A DNA stretch of 25,049 nt, taken from Candidatus Methanomethylicia archaeon (lineage in GTDB: Archaea > Thermoproteota > Methanomethylicia > Nezhaarchaeales > B40-G2). The translations under genes and the position numbers were made by a program. This document shows positions 1 to 9,414 of the stretch, piece by piece. The stretch lies in contig JAPDJI010000046.1 in assembly GCA_029259155.1 (NCBI GenBank), forward strand, positions 1 through 25,049, read 5' to 3'. The stretch's first letter is position 1. The number at the start of each line of letters is the position of its first letter. Under the pieces are notes generated by a model that searched no databases, had not been told where the DNA came from, and was given only the letters and a program-made list of their open reading frames with translations.

Positions 1-832
1 GATTACTTGTTGGACAGTGAACCACCTTAACCCCACGCCTAGCTAAAACCTCAACATCCCTATCACTAAGCCAAACACAGTGAGCAGCCACCACATCAGG
101 CCCAAGCACACCCAAACCATCAAGATACTCAACCTCACTCATACCCTTCTCCTCCTTAAAGGACTTGACCTCTTCGGCGGTTTCAGCCACATGCATATGG
201 ATAAGAGCACCATTCTTTCTAGCTAGTTCAACAGCCCCTACCAGCAGCTCGTCGGAGCACGTATAAGGAGCATGTGGACCAAGAGCAAGTACTATCCCCC
301 TATCTCTAAGCTCTGAAGCCTTCTCTAGGAAGCGTCTAGCTCCTTTAAGCTGCTCCTGCGCGATGGTTGGGTCCTTAAAGTCAAACATGCCATAAGAGAC
401 GACTGCTCTCAGCCCTACCGTGTTGGCGGCAGCAGCTGTAGCTTCAGGGTAGAAGTACATGTCCATGAAACACGTTGACCCGAACTTCACCATCTCTAAG
501 CACGCTAACAAGGCTCCCCAGTAGCAGTAGTCATAGGTTAACCTCCTTTCCAGCGGCCAGATTTTTTGTTCTAGCCATTGTTTTAGGGGTAGGTCGTCGG
601 CGTAGCCTCTCAGCAGTGTCATGGCGGCGTGTGTATGAGCATTAACCAAACCAGGCAAAACTAGCATGCCTTCTCCGTTAAGCTTCACCTCTGCTTCGCA
701 GGTAGCTTTACCCAGCTCCGCTATCACACCGTCCTCAACGTAGATGGAGATATCCTTTAAAACTCGGCGTTCGCTATCTTGAGTTATGACGTAAGAGCAA
801 CGCCTCACCAAAAGGCTTCTCAACTCGTCCAC
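1..832 (-). CDS. Amidohydrolase, MTA/SAH deaminase (MtaD/Atz-Trz) family; 3' end runs off the window
   Basis: Manual translation of the minus strand from GTG 832 (or TTG 823): ...VLPGLVNAHTHAAMTLLRGYADDLPLKQWLE..., later ALGPHAPYT and IHMHVAET, the metal-binding HxH and His motifs. Absent from the ORF track because it is truncated. Confidence 0.85.
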   Translation of the reverse strand, partial: MDELRSLLVRRCSYVITQDSERRVLKDISIYVEDGVIAELGKATCEAEVKLNGEGMLVLPGLVNAHTHAAMTLLRGYADDLPLKQWLEQKIWPLERRLTYDYCYWGALLACLEMVKFGSTCFMDMYFYPEATAAAANTVGLRAVVSYGMFDFKDPTIAQEQLKGARRFLEKASELRDRGIVLALGPHAPYTCSDELLVGAVELARKNGALIHMHVAETAEEVKSFKEEKGMSEVEYLDGLGVLGPDVVAAHCVWLSDRDVEVLARRGVKVVHCPTSN

Positions 833-875
833 CTGCGTGAGGGTTTTTTAAGGAAGAGCTTAGTTAACAGCTGCG

Positions 876-1295
876 GTGGAGAACGTGAGCAAGTATGACT
901 ACGAAGAGCTATTGGAGAGAGCATTATCGAAGGTGACAGCCAAGGCTAGTAAGTGGGATAGGTTTGAGATGCCCAAGAGCCAAGTGATAATTGTAGGTAG
1001 TCGCACCATCATAACCAACTTTAAGGACATAAGCGACGCCCTCAATAGAGAGCCGAAACACCTCTTCCTCTTCCTCCTACATGAACTAGGCACCGCCGGA
1101 GTTTTAGAGGAGGGGAGGGCGGTGCTTCATGGAAAGTTTGCGAAGAGCAGCATTGACAGCCTAGTGGAACGGTACACTAAAATGTATGTGCTGTGCCCCG
1201 TATGTGGTAAGGTAGATACGGAGTTAAAGAAAGAAGGGAGGATAACGCTTATAGTGTGTGGCGCTTGCGGAGCAGTATCCCCAGCTAAGGCTTAA
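876..1295 (+). CDS. eif2b: Translation initiation factor aIF2 beta subunit
   Basis: YEELLERA N-terminus, RFEMP, TIITNF, LNREPKHL, ELGTAG, C-terminal Zn ribbon CPVCGKVDT...CGACGA. Confidence 0.95.
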   Translation: MENVSKYDYEELLERALSKVTAKASKWDRFEMPKSQVIIVGSRTIITNFKDISDALNREPKHLFLFLLHELGTAGVLEEGRAVLHGKFAKSSIDSLVERYTKMYVLCPVCGKVDTELKKEGRITLIVCGACGAVSPAKA

Positions 1296-1609
1296 TGGCT
1301 GGGTTAGCATTGGACGATGTATGGGTTAAAGTGCATAAGCAGGGTAAACAGGTGCTCGTTGCCATATGCGATGCAGATCTTCTAGGTAAGGAAATTAAGC
1401 ATGGCGATGTTACGATAAGGATCACGGAGAGGTTTTATGGAGGTTTTCTGACAGACATAGAGGAGGCGCTTAGGCTCATGGAGGAGGCTACAAGCGCTAA
1501 CCTAATAGGTACCAAGATAGTTGAAGCGGCTGTTAAGAGAGGTTTTATTCACAGAGAAGCGGTCGTCGAGATAGCCTCCATCCCTCACGCTATGATGGTT
1601 AAGGTGTAA
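1295..1609 (+). CDS. DUF424 family protein
   Basis: LVAICDADLLGK, FYGG, ANLIG, IPHA motifs; usual neighbour of aIF2-beta; 1-bp stop/start overlap. Confidence 0.85.
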   Translation: MAGLALDDVWVKVHKQGKQVLVAICDADLLGKEIKHGDVTIRITERFYGGFLTDIEEALRLMEEATSANLIGTKIVEAAVKRGFIHREAVVEIASIPHAMMVKV

Positions 1610-1649
1610 GCAGAGCAAGGACTTAAATCCGCCCTGCTCTATAGTAGGC

Positions 1650-1961
1650 ATGGTGAAACAGGTGCCAGAGGAGGAAAAACAGGAGCTTCGTTTACCCTCA
1701 GAATGGGAGGTCGTAGGCGTGGTCACTAAACTCCTAGGTTATGATAGATTAGAGGTGAAATGCGCTGATGGACATACTCGTATCGCTCGTATACCTGGGA
1801 GGTTTAAGAAGAAAGTATGGTTTAGGGAAGGAGATATAGTGCTCGTAGCACCCTGGGACTTTCAAGCTAAGAGTAAAGCCGATGTGGTGTGGCGCTATAG
1901 TCGAGACGAAGTTAGAGAGTTAGATAAGATGGGGATGCTCAAGTTCTTAGAAACTAGGTGA
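1650..1961 (+). CDS. eif1a: Translation initiation factor aIF1A
   Basis: LLGYDRLEVKCADGHTRIARIPGRFKKKVWFREGDIVLVAPWDFQ...ADVVWRY. Confidence 0.95.
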   Translation: MVKQVPEEEKQELRLPSEWEVVGVVTKLLGYDRLEVKCADGHTRIARIPGRFKKKVWFREGDIVLVAPWDFQAKSKADVVWRYSRDEVRELDKMGMLKFLETR

Positions 1962-2787
1962 AGCGTAAGCCTTCAATGAAAGCCTCAAGCTCCCTCCAGT
2001 CGCCCTTAGTCATCAAGTGTAAGACCTCCTCTAAGTTAGGTAGTGCTTTAAACACGCCCTCCCTATGGAAGTAGTTTAATACATTATTTACGTCTCTCTT
2101 AAGAAAATCTAGCGCGGTAGGATGAGAGGTTAACACTGCTTGGCCGAAGTCGAAGAGGACTAGCTCCCTTCCTTTAACCATCACGTTATACTCACTTACA
2201 TCGCCGTGTACAAGCTTAGCTCTCTGGTAAAGCAGCTGCAGGTACCGCAGTAAAGTCTTCAATGCGCCTACAAGGTCTTCTACCTTGGTCTCCTTAAGCG
2301 TAGGGGCAGGGCCCTCCTCGGTCCCTATAAATTCCATGACAAGTATGTTGCGGTATACAGCTATAGGTTTAGGAACCCTCACGCCTGCCTCATGGGCTCT
2401 CTCCAAGTTCTTGAACTCCTTTTGAGCCCAAGCATATATCAGCGACCTCGTGTCCCTCTTAACGTGCATGAACCTAGGGTCACCATCAATGTACTTTACG
2501 ATACCTTTCCTAAATTCGCTCGATGTCGTCAGGTAGATCTTAACGGCTATCAGCTCCCCGTTAGGGTCTAGAGCTAAATACAACTTAGATTCCTTACCTG
2601 AAGCCACTGCGCCGTACATCACGTCTATGACGTGTCTATTGATTAAGTAGTAGAGACCCTCCAGCGTAGCTTTATCGAAAACCTCCTCCACGGTCTTAAA
2701 GAGGTCTTCATCCTTGATTCTCCTAACCCTCTTTTCCTTAGGGGTGGGTTCAAGCTCCAAGTCTTCTCCGCGAGGCATATCGGACAC
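1954..2787 (-). CDS. rio1: RIO1 family Ser/Thr kinase (SSU biogenesis)
   Basis: EEVFDKATL, SGKES P-loop, AVKIY, WAQKEFKNL, LVHGDVSEYN catalytic loop, FDFGQAV. Confidence 0.95.
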   Translation of the reverse strand: MSDMPRGEDLELEPTPKEKRVRRIKDEDLFKTVEEVFDKATLEGLYYLINRHVIDVMYGAVASGKESKLYLALDPNGELIAVKIYLTTSSEFRKGIVKYIDGDPRFMHVKRDTRSLIYAWAQKEFKNLERAHEAGVRVPKPIAVYRNILVMEFIGTEEGPAPTLKETKVEDLVGALKTLLRYLQLLYQRAKLVHGDVSEYNVMVKGRELVLFDFGQAVLTSHPTALDFLKRDVNNVLNYFHREGVFKALPNLEEVLHLMTKGDWRELEAFIEGLRFT

Positions 2788-2850
2788 GGCTAAGCGTAAA
2801 GTTAAAAGACATCGTATTTAAGTTGGGTGGTGGATTAAGGGGATAAAGTA

Positions 2851-3432
2851 TTGAGCAAGCCAGCTGACACTCCACGCTTCATCTACCGAGACTTTGTTCA
2901 AATACCTGTCGATCGAGTAGGAGTGCTCATAGGTGAAGGAGGTAAGGTCAAACGTGAAGTTGAAAAGCAGCTTGGAGTAGAACTTAAAGTGGATAGCGAG
3001 AGCGGCTTGGTCGAGGTGAAGCTTAAGGAGGGTGAAGAGCCCTCTAAGCTCTTCAAGGCTAAGGACGTGGTCACCGCCATAGCTAATGGTTTTAGCCCAG
3101 AGAGGGCGCTTAAGCTCGTCGACGAAGATGTCTCCTTGGCCCTCGTAGACCTCAGAGATTATGTGGGAGACTCAGAGAAGAGCTTGGTTAGGATCAAGGG
3201 GAGGATCATTGGCGAAGAAGGGAAGGCGAGAAGGTTTATAGAAGAGGCTACTGGTGCCTTCGTCTCGGTCTCTAGGGATAAGGTGGCTATCATAGGTGAC
3301 TATGACGCGCTCGAGATAGCTAAAAAAGCTGTGGAGATGTTGGCTTCAGGAAAACAACACAGCACAGTGTATAGGTATCTCATGAGCAAACGAAGAGAGC
3401 TGAAAAGAAGGAAGCTGTCGCTGCTATATTGA
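2851..3432 (+). CDS. KH-domain pre-rRNA processing protein Dim2/Pno1 (Krr1 family)
   Basis: IPVDRVGVLIGEGG, AIANGFSPERA, RIKGRIIGEEGKAR, GKQHSTVY. Confidence 0.92.
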   Translation: MSKPADTPRFIYRDFVQIPVDRVGVLIGEGGKVKREVEKQLGVELKVDSESGLVEVKLKEGEEPSKLFKAKDVVTAIANGFSPERALKLVDEDVSLALVDLRDYVGDSEKSLVRIKGRIIGEEGKARRFIEEATGAFVSVSRDKVAIIGDYDALEIAKKAVEMLASGKQHSTVYRYLMSKRRELKRRKLSLLY

Positions 3433-3488
3433 GGAGAAGGCTAAAGTTTATCTTTCCATAGCGTTGACATTTAAAGGGATGCATAGAC

Positions 3489-5024
3489 ATGGAGGAGCGG
3501 TTTAGAGCAATCTCAGCTGCCGACTTCTTCTACCGTAACCGTGAGATGGCTGGTTTTGATAACCCAGTTAGGAGCACCTACACCATCTGTAGAGAACTCC
3601 TCGAAAACAGTATGGATGCTTGTGAAAGTGGAGGATACCTCCCCGACATATACATGAGGCTTAGGTACGTGGATGGAGAAGCCTTAGAGATAAAGGTAGA
3701 AGACAACGGTAAAGGGGTTCCCAGAAGATACATTAAGCGAGCTTTCGGCCAAGTGCTCTTCGGGTCTAAGTATACGCTACGACAGACGCGCGGGATCTTT
3801 GGGCTAGGCGGAAAGATGGCGGTGCTCTATGGACAAATCACCACTAACAGTCCAGTACATGTAATCTCCAGCACAGGAGGTATGGAGAGGTACTCGTACA
3901 AGATAATGGTCGATATTGAGCGCAACGAGCCCATCACTAAAGGTGAGAGCATAGAGAGGAACCATGGTCAGTGGCACGGAACCGTCGTGAAGCTCAAGTT
4001 CCAAGGAGACTACGCAAGAGCTAGGGCAAAGATAGTGGACTATTTGAGGCATGTAGCGATCATAGAGCCTTACTCGCAAATAATGTTCGTGGACCCTGAC
4101 GGCGTATTCTACTTCTTTAGGAGAAAAGCTGAGCGCATGCCCAGACCCCCGTTAGAGGTCCTTCCCCACCCTCAAGGAGTAGACGTAGAGACCTTGAGGA
4201 GGCTTATCGAACGTTTCGGCCAAGGATCCCTCATCGACTTCTTGGTGGAGAGCTTCCATAGAGTAGGTAGACGCATAGCCTTGAAGTTCCTGAGGAAAAC
4301 CAAGCTAGACCCTGAAATGGATGTAAGCGAGCTAGCTAAGAAGGAAGAGCTCATACCTAAGCTGGTTAAAGCCATGAACGAGTTCGACGGCTGGCTACCT
4401 CCTGACCCATCCTGCCTCTCGCCCATAGGCTCAGACCTATTAGAGATAGGTATAAGGAAGGAGCTTAGGCCAGAGTTCGTTGCTGTAGTTCAACGCAAAC
4501 CTTCAACATATGGCGGCCACCCCTTCATAGTTGAGGTAGCCATAGCCTACGGTGGGGGCGTACATGCACCAAGCCAAGGAGAAGTCAACTTATACAGGTA
4601 CGCCAATAAGATACCTCTATTGTATGACGTTCACAACGACGTTTCGATGAAGGTGATAAGGAAGATTAAGTGGTGGCGGTATAAGATAAGCCCAGAATCG
4701 ATGCCCATAGCCTTCTTCATACACGTATGCTCCACGAAAATACCGTACAAAACGGTGGGTAAGGAGTACATAGCTGATAGGCCAGAGGTAGAGTACGAGG
4801 TAGAGTGGGGGTTAAAGGAAGCAGCTAGGAAACTTAAGCTCTACCTATCCAAGAAGAGGAGGGAAGAAAGCCTCAAGCGTAGGAGAGCGGCGTTGCTGAA
4901 ATACCTCCCTCACATAGCCAGGTTTGCCACTGAACTTTGCGGTGAAAAGAAGATACCAGACTACGAAAAGCTTGTAGCTAAGGAGGATCTGAAGGTGAAA
5001 ACTGCCCTCCAAAGACTAGCTTAA
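3489..5024 (+). CDS. top6B: DNA topoisomerase VI subunit B
   Basis: ISAADFFYRNREMAGFDNP; GHKL ATPase motifs ELLENSMDA, VEDNGKG, QTRGIFGLG; H2TH region; RYANKIPLLYD. Confidence 0.97.
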   Translation: MEERFRAISAADFFYRNREMAGFDNPVRSTYTICRELLENSMDACESGGYLPDIYMRLRYVDGEALEIKVEDNGKGVPRRYIKRAFGQVLFGSKYTLRQTRGIFGLGGKMAVLYGQITTNSPVHVISSTGGMERYSYKIMVDIERNEPITKGESIERNHGQWHGTVVKLKFQGDYARARAKIVDYLRHVAIIEPYSQIMFVDPDGVFYFFRRKAERMPRPPLEVLPHPQGVDVETLRRLIERFGQGSLIDFLVESFHRVGRRIALKFLRKTKLDPEMDVSELAKKEELIPKLVKAMNEFDGWLPPDPSCLSPIGSDLLEIGIRKELRPEFVAVVQRKPSTYGGHPFIVEVAIAYGGGVHAPSQGEVNLYRYANKIPLLYDVHNDVSMKVIRKIKWWRYKISPESMPIAFFIHVCSTKIPYKTVGKEYIADRPEVEYEVEWGLKEAARKLKLYLSKKRREESLKRRRAALLKYLPHIARFATELCGEKKIPDYEKLVAKEDLKVKTALQRLA

Positions 5025-5076
5025 CACAAAATGGTTTTAATCGACTGCTTCCTTAGCTAAAACCGGTAGGGCTAGT

Positions 5077-6162
5077 TTGACCAGGTATGATGCCGCCAGG
5101 AAGAATGTGTTGGAGAAGCTATCGGAGTTAGGTATGAACGTATACCTGCAAATGTATAGAGGAAGACTACCTAAGATCTACCTGCCTAGCCGCTCAACTT
5201 CCAACATAAAGTACGATGAGAGGCTTAAACAATACGTGTTGGGCAGCGAACACGTCGAGCGAAGCGCTGCCAACATAAGACATATCAAGTCCTTCACCCA
5301 GCTCATCTGGGTTTCATGGTTCGCCAGCCAGCTTATAAGAGAAGGCAAGTCATGTAGCTTACGAGATCTTTACTACACGAGCCTTAACTACCCTGAATTC
5401 AGGTTCAAAAACCAGAAGGAGTCGGACGACATCATCACCGACCTAGAAAGCATATTGGGTGTACCTCGCGAAGACTTCAAGATCTCTCCTGAAGAGCGAA
5501 GCTCCATCTTCGGTGACCTAACCATCGAGTACACTGTGCCCCCAAGCCATGCAGGTAGACGCGTAAACCTGCTCTCCGACCCTGACGGGAAGAACATAGG
5601 CATGTCCATAGCTACTGCCGAGTTCGTAGACTGCGGAGCCGAAATGGTCATAGTAATCGAGAAGGGAGCCATCTTCAGGAGATTCATAGAGGAAGGGGTG
5701 TACGAGAAGTTTAAGGCCATACTCATAGATAGCGCTGGACAAGCACCGCGGTTTACCCGCCTCCTCTTGAGGAGGCTTAAGGAGGAACTAGGGCTACCTA
5801 TCTACATCCTAACCGATGCAGATCCCTGGGGAATGCATATAGCTAATGTCATAATACATGGCTCAGCCAACGCCGCTCACATCAAAGGGCTCACCACCCC
5901 TGAAGCTAAATGGCTAGGCTTATGGGCCAGCGACCTCCAAAAATACCGTAAGCTACCCACGCTCCCTATGAGCGAGCGGGACCTTAAACGTCTACGCGAG
6001 CTACGTAAAGACCCTAGATACCAAGACTCCTTCTGGCAGAGCGAAATCGAAACCTTCCTCAAATTACAGCGCAAAGCAGAGCTTGAAAGCTTCAGCGCTC
6101 AAGGCCTCTCAGCCATAGTGGACAAATATCTACCAAGAAAGCTTAAGGAAGTCAGCGGCTAA
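5077..6162 (+). CDS. top6A: DNA topoisomerase VI subunit A
   Basis: SLRDLYY catalytic Tyr motif, TOPRIM IVIEK...TDADPWG, KAELESF; directly follows top6B. Confidence 0.97.
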   Translation: MTRYDAARKNVLEKLSELGMNVYLQMYRGRLPKIYLPSRSTSNIKYDERLKQYVLGSEHVERSAANIRHIKSFTQLIWVSWFASQLIREGKSCSLRDLYYTSLNYPEFRFKNQKESDDIITDLESILGVPREDFKISPEERSSIFGDLTIEYTVPPSHAGRRVNLLSDPDGKNIGMSIATAEFVDCGAEMVIVIEKGAIFRRFIEEGVYEKFKAILIDSAGQAPRFTRLLLRRLKEELGLPIYILTDADPWGMHIANVIIHGSANAAHIKGLTTPEAKWLGLWASDLQKYRKLPTLPMSERDLKRLRELRKDPRYQDSFWQSEIETFLKLQRKAELESFSAQGLSAIVDKYLPRKLKEVSG

Positions 6163-6264
6163 AAGAGAAACGAGAATGTTCATGAATCTTCCTTAAGCAA
6201 CAGCTAAAAAACATAAAGAGAGCAAAACACCACCCTCAACCATACAAGCCGAGAGCACCAACTA

Positions 6265-6351
6265 TGGGCCCGGTGGGATTTGAACCCACGACCACCCGGT
6301 CTCCCACACGGTTATGAGCCGGGCGCTCTAACCTTGCTGAGCTACGGGCCC
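6265..6351 (-). tRNA. tRNA-Ile2 (anticodon CAT) with 12-nt intron at 37/38 (6301-6312)
   Basis: GGGCCCG-TA-GCTC..GAGC-G-CCCGG-CTCATA[ACCGTGTGGGAG]A-CCGGG-TGGTC-GTGGG-TTCAAAT-CCCAC-CGGGCCC-A. The GGGCCCG acceptor matches archaeal Ile tRNAs better than Met; the Ile2 versus Met assignment is inferred. Confidence 0.9.
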
Positions 6352-6556
6352 TCATTACTTGTTTAAGGGGACCAATATAAGCCTTAATCAACATTATGAA
6401 GTTGAAGAATAGGGTAAATTACGATCATGCAGGTAAACGTGTCCTTCAAGGTTGAACGCTCCCTTAACTACCTTAGCCGTAGTTAAATGTAAAACATGTT
6501 GTAAAGGTTCCACGCAACGTGTAGCAGAAAGGAGAAGTTAAATAAAAGCAGGGGCG

Positions 6557-6913
6557 CTAACTTTTTACCCTAACCTTTACTGCTTGCTTCTCTAATTCTT
6601 GCCGCGCTATTTGAAGTGAAAGCTCCTTAACCAGTTCCTCCAGCTTTCTTACGGCCGGATGCTCCCTATTTACCTTGTAAAGCGTAGCCTTGGCTATCCT
6701 CCTAGTCGGAACTACTACTTCTAGCTCCTCTAACTCTTTAAAGTGCCTATAGAACGTTCGCTTACTCATCCCGGTTTCTTTAATAATCTCACTCTTAGTA
6801 AAATCGTTTAAAGGTAGGTAAAGCATAAAGTCTATAATCCTTAACTTTGGCGAATCGCCTAAGCACTTAATCATTAAGCTATCCTTAGCGAAGTCCCTGT
6901 ACCTCGGCTGCAT
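6557..6913 (-). CDS. Winged-helix (ArsR-like) DNA-binding protein
   Basis: GDSPKLRIIDFM...FTKSEIIKETGMSKRTFYRHFKELEELEVV..TRRIAKATLYKVN: HTH plus wing. Confidence 0.8.
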   Translation of the reverse strand: MQPRYRDFAKDSLMIKCLGDSPKLRIIDFMLYLPLNDFTKSEIIKETGMSKRTFYRHFKELEELEVVVPTRRIAKATLYKVNREHPAVRKLEELVKELSLQIARQELEKQAVKVRVKS

Positions 6914-6988
6914 ACCCGCTCAACTAAGCAAAATATGCACATGTGAAGTATTTAAACGTAACCTTCTAAAGGTACTATACGATACCTT

Positions 6989-7267
6989 ATGGTTAGAAGG
7001 GCCTACAAGGAAACAGAGCTTAAAGCGTTAATACTCGAATTCCTGAAAAGGCAAGGAAGATGGGGATCACACTACTTCCCGGTACCCACCATGACCAATT
7101 GGTTAAGCAAAGCTATCAAGAAGAACGGTACAAGGGTTAAGAAGGCAATTAGGAATTTAGCTAAAGAAGGCTACATCTTGCTACATAAAAAGGGCTCAGC
7201 TATCTCTCTAAACCCAAGGCTTGCTAAGGAAATTAACGAATACACCATAAAAGAACTACGAAAATGA
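6989..7267 (+). CDS. Small basic winged-helix-like hypothetical protein
   Basis: 92 aa; VKKAIRNLAKEGYILLHKKGSAISLNP resembles a recognition helix plus wing; TATA-like TTTAAA at 6951-6956. Confidence 0.65.
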   Translation: MVRRAYKETELKALILEFLKRQGRWGSHYFPVPTMTNWLSKAIKKNGTRVKKAIRNLAKEGYILLHKKGSAISLNPRLAKEINEYTIKELRK

Positions 7268-7344
7268 TCTTTAAACAATAACCACGCATAGCAAGGATAG
7301 ATCAGAGAATTTTAAATCTGGTAACGCTTCAAATAGGTAGCGCA

Positions 7345-7990
7345 ATGATCGTAAATAGACGATTAACGCCAAGCAAGCTACGGCTACTCTTAGCCGCGTG
7401 CATCTTCGCGGTTTTCATCGCCCTTCCGCTACCAATTGTCTACGTGGAGGAAGCAACGGGGGCAAACGCGTACCATCAAGGCGACTTGGTAATCGGGGAG
7501 GGGGCAAGAATTAATCGTACGCGGCAAAGCTCTCCTAATTAACGGTTGCCTAATAGCGGAACCAGGCTCCAAGCTAATAATTGACAACGCACGCTAATTA
7601 TCGCCGAAAGGTACAAATCAGAGCATTGGATCGAGATTCGCGGAGCAACCGTTAAAATCATTAATTCCGAGGTTAAATCCACCGAGAAAGTATTAACGGG
7701 CAAATAAGGAAGGCTCATAGGCCCTCAATTAATGCTCGACCTACTGGACGGTGCAACCCTTACCGCTGAAAAACAGCATGCTGTACTGCAGGGTTCAAGT
7801 AGGGCACGGTTCGAAAGCCGTTATTAAATCTTCAACCGTCTCCTACGTCTGCTAGGAAATAAGCGTAAAAGCCGAAATAACCGATAGCGTGCTCGGTAGC
7901 TTCGTATTCATCTTCCGAAAGGGTAGCCCGGAGAAATTAACCTTCAACGGGTTAAGAAACGTAAAGGTAAACGTCTCGTACATTAAGTTA
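7345..7990 (+). pseudogene. Decayed secreted/surface protein with beta-rich repeats
   Basis: Signal-peptide-like ORF 7345-7542 continues in shifted frames (...QELIVRGKALLINGCLIAEPGSKLIIDNAR; HWIEIRGATVKIINSEVKS; SKAVIKSSTVSYV*EISVKAEITDSVLG) with frameshifts and stops; the end is approximate. Confidence 0.5.
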
Positions 7991-8001
7991 AGGAACGATA
8001 A

Positions 8002-8550
8002 ATGGAACATGTCGCTAGGCTTCTAGGAATCCAGGACTTGCTTGATAGACCTATAGGCACTCTCAGTGGCGGGCAGCAGAAGGTATTCATAGCCCGCGCG
8101 TTAGTTCGTAGGCCTAAGCTGCTGTTTCTCGACGAGCCCTTCGCAAGCCTAGACAGGGAATCACGAGAGCCCGCAGCACGCGTAGTGAGGGAAGACATCG
8201 ACAAGAAGGGTGCGACGGTTCTCGTTGTTAGCCACGATACGTCCCCCATAGCCAGCCTCGCTGATGCTACCGTACGGATGAATGGAGGCAGGGGTAACAC
8301 GTGTCGAGGGCGAACCTACATGATACTGGCACTACTCTTCATTATAGCTCTCCTAGCGGGACCTTCTGCGGAATTCATGCTGCTCTAGCCGGTGCAGCGA
8401 TAGGAATGGTTCTCAGAATAGACTAACGCTTATGGCTGCGATACTAGCCATAGGCTTCGCCGCCATCATGAGTATAGTAGCCCCTAAAGTTGACAAAGCT
8501 AAAGAGCAAATATCCATGGCTCTCTTCTCTTTTTTTTACGCCCTCACGCT
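8002..8550 (+). pseudogene. Fragments of a metal (Zn/Mn-type) ABC transporter: ATPase C-terminal half plus permease remnants
   Basis: LSGGQ signature, LLFLDEP Walker B and SHD H-loop present, Walker A absent; followed by broken hydrophobic segments (MILALLFIIALL; MAAILAIGFAAIMSIV). Confidence 0.7.
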
Positions 8551-8907
8551 AAATCATGATATATCTCTCAAACACCATGGTTCTGGCAACCTCCTCAACT
8601 TTTCAAAAATTTTCTTTACAGCCTTGTTTAGCTTATCTTTGCTGAATTTTTAGGATTACTCGCATGGTTCCCTCTATGCTTAAAACTGTTCGAAGAAAAT
8701 CTTTTTCAATACTTTTCTGTCGAAGTTCATCTTTTTGATAGATTCAATTAATTGTATGTTCACTCTTTTCTGAGATGTTTCCCTTGTAGGATCGAAAGAG
8801 CTTTTGCCTCGTGAAGAAAATCCTTAAAGTATGTAAATAACTTTTCCCCGCCCCTAAGCGCATTAACTGTTGGGCGGCCTTTCATTCCTGGTTCACCGTT
8901 GGTAAGC

Positions 8908-9264
8908 TCAACTATCCCTCTCCTCAAAATTTCTTATTTCTTCTGAGAACCAGCCTTCACTTTTCATTACTTCCATTGAAATTTTGTTGCTTGGGCCATC
9001 TCCTCTGGCTACGAAGACTCCGACGTTCCCGCCAACTACTTCCGATATTTCCGCAACATCTTTATGTGTGAAGCCTGGGCAAAGAAGGATCGACTGAACA
9101 CCTTCCTCCCTAACCATCCTCCTACATACCTCAACTGCCTGCCTTTGATCCTTAGCCACCACTACAAAGAGCTTATAATATTTGGGTGTTTCAATAACAC
9201 ACCTATGCTTTTCCGCATCACCATCAGGAGCATGAGCAAGAAACAAAACTTTAAACGCCACCAC
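8908..9264 (-). CDS. Conserved hypothetical protein, DUF6506-like
   Basis: FKVLFLAHAPD...HR; EEGVQSILLCPGF pattern; family name from recall; GTGAG SD-like element upstream. Confidence 0.6.
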   Translation of the reverse strand: MVAFKVLFLAHAPDGDAEKHRCVIETPKYYKLFVVVAKDQRQAVEVCRRMVREEGVQSILLCPGFTHKDVAEISEVVGGNVGVFVARGDGPSNKISMEVMKSEGWFSEEIRNFEERDS

Positions 9265-9414
9265 TCACTACCCCCCACACCCTCAATACTCAAATTCGAT
9301 AGCTTCGCATATAAAACCTAAATACTTCACACATATTCGGTCTGAGGGCCTAGAATTCAGGTTCAGAATATTGTGGATTCGGCTATTTGGGCGGTAAAGT
9401 AGATTTGGTGAAGA

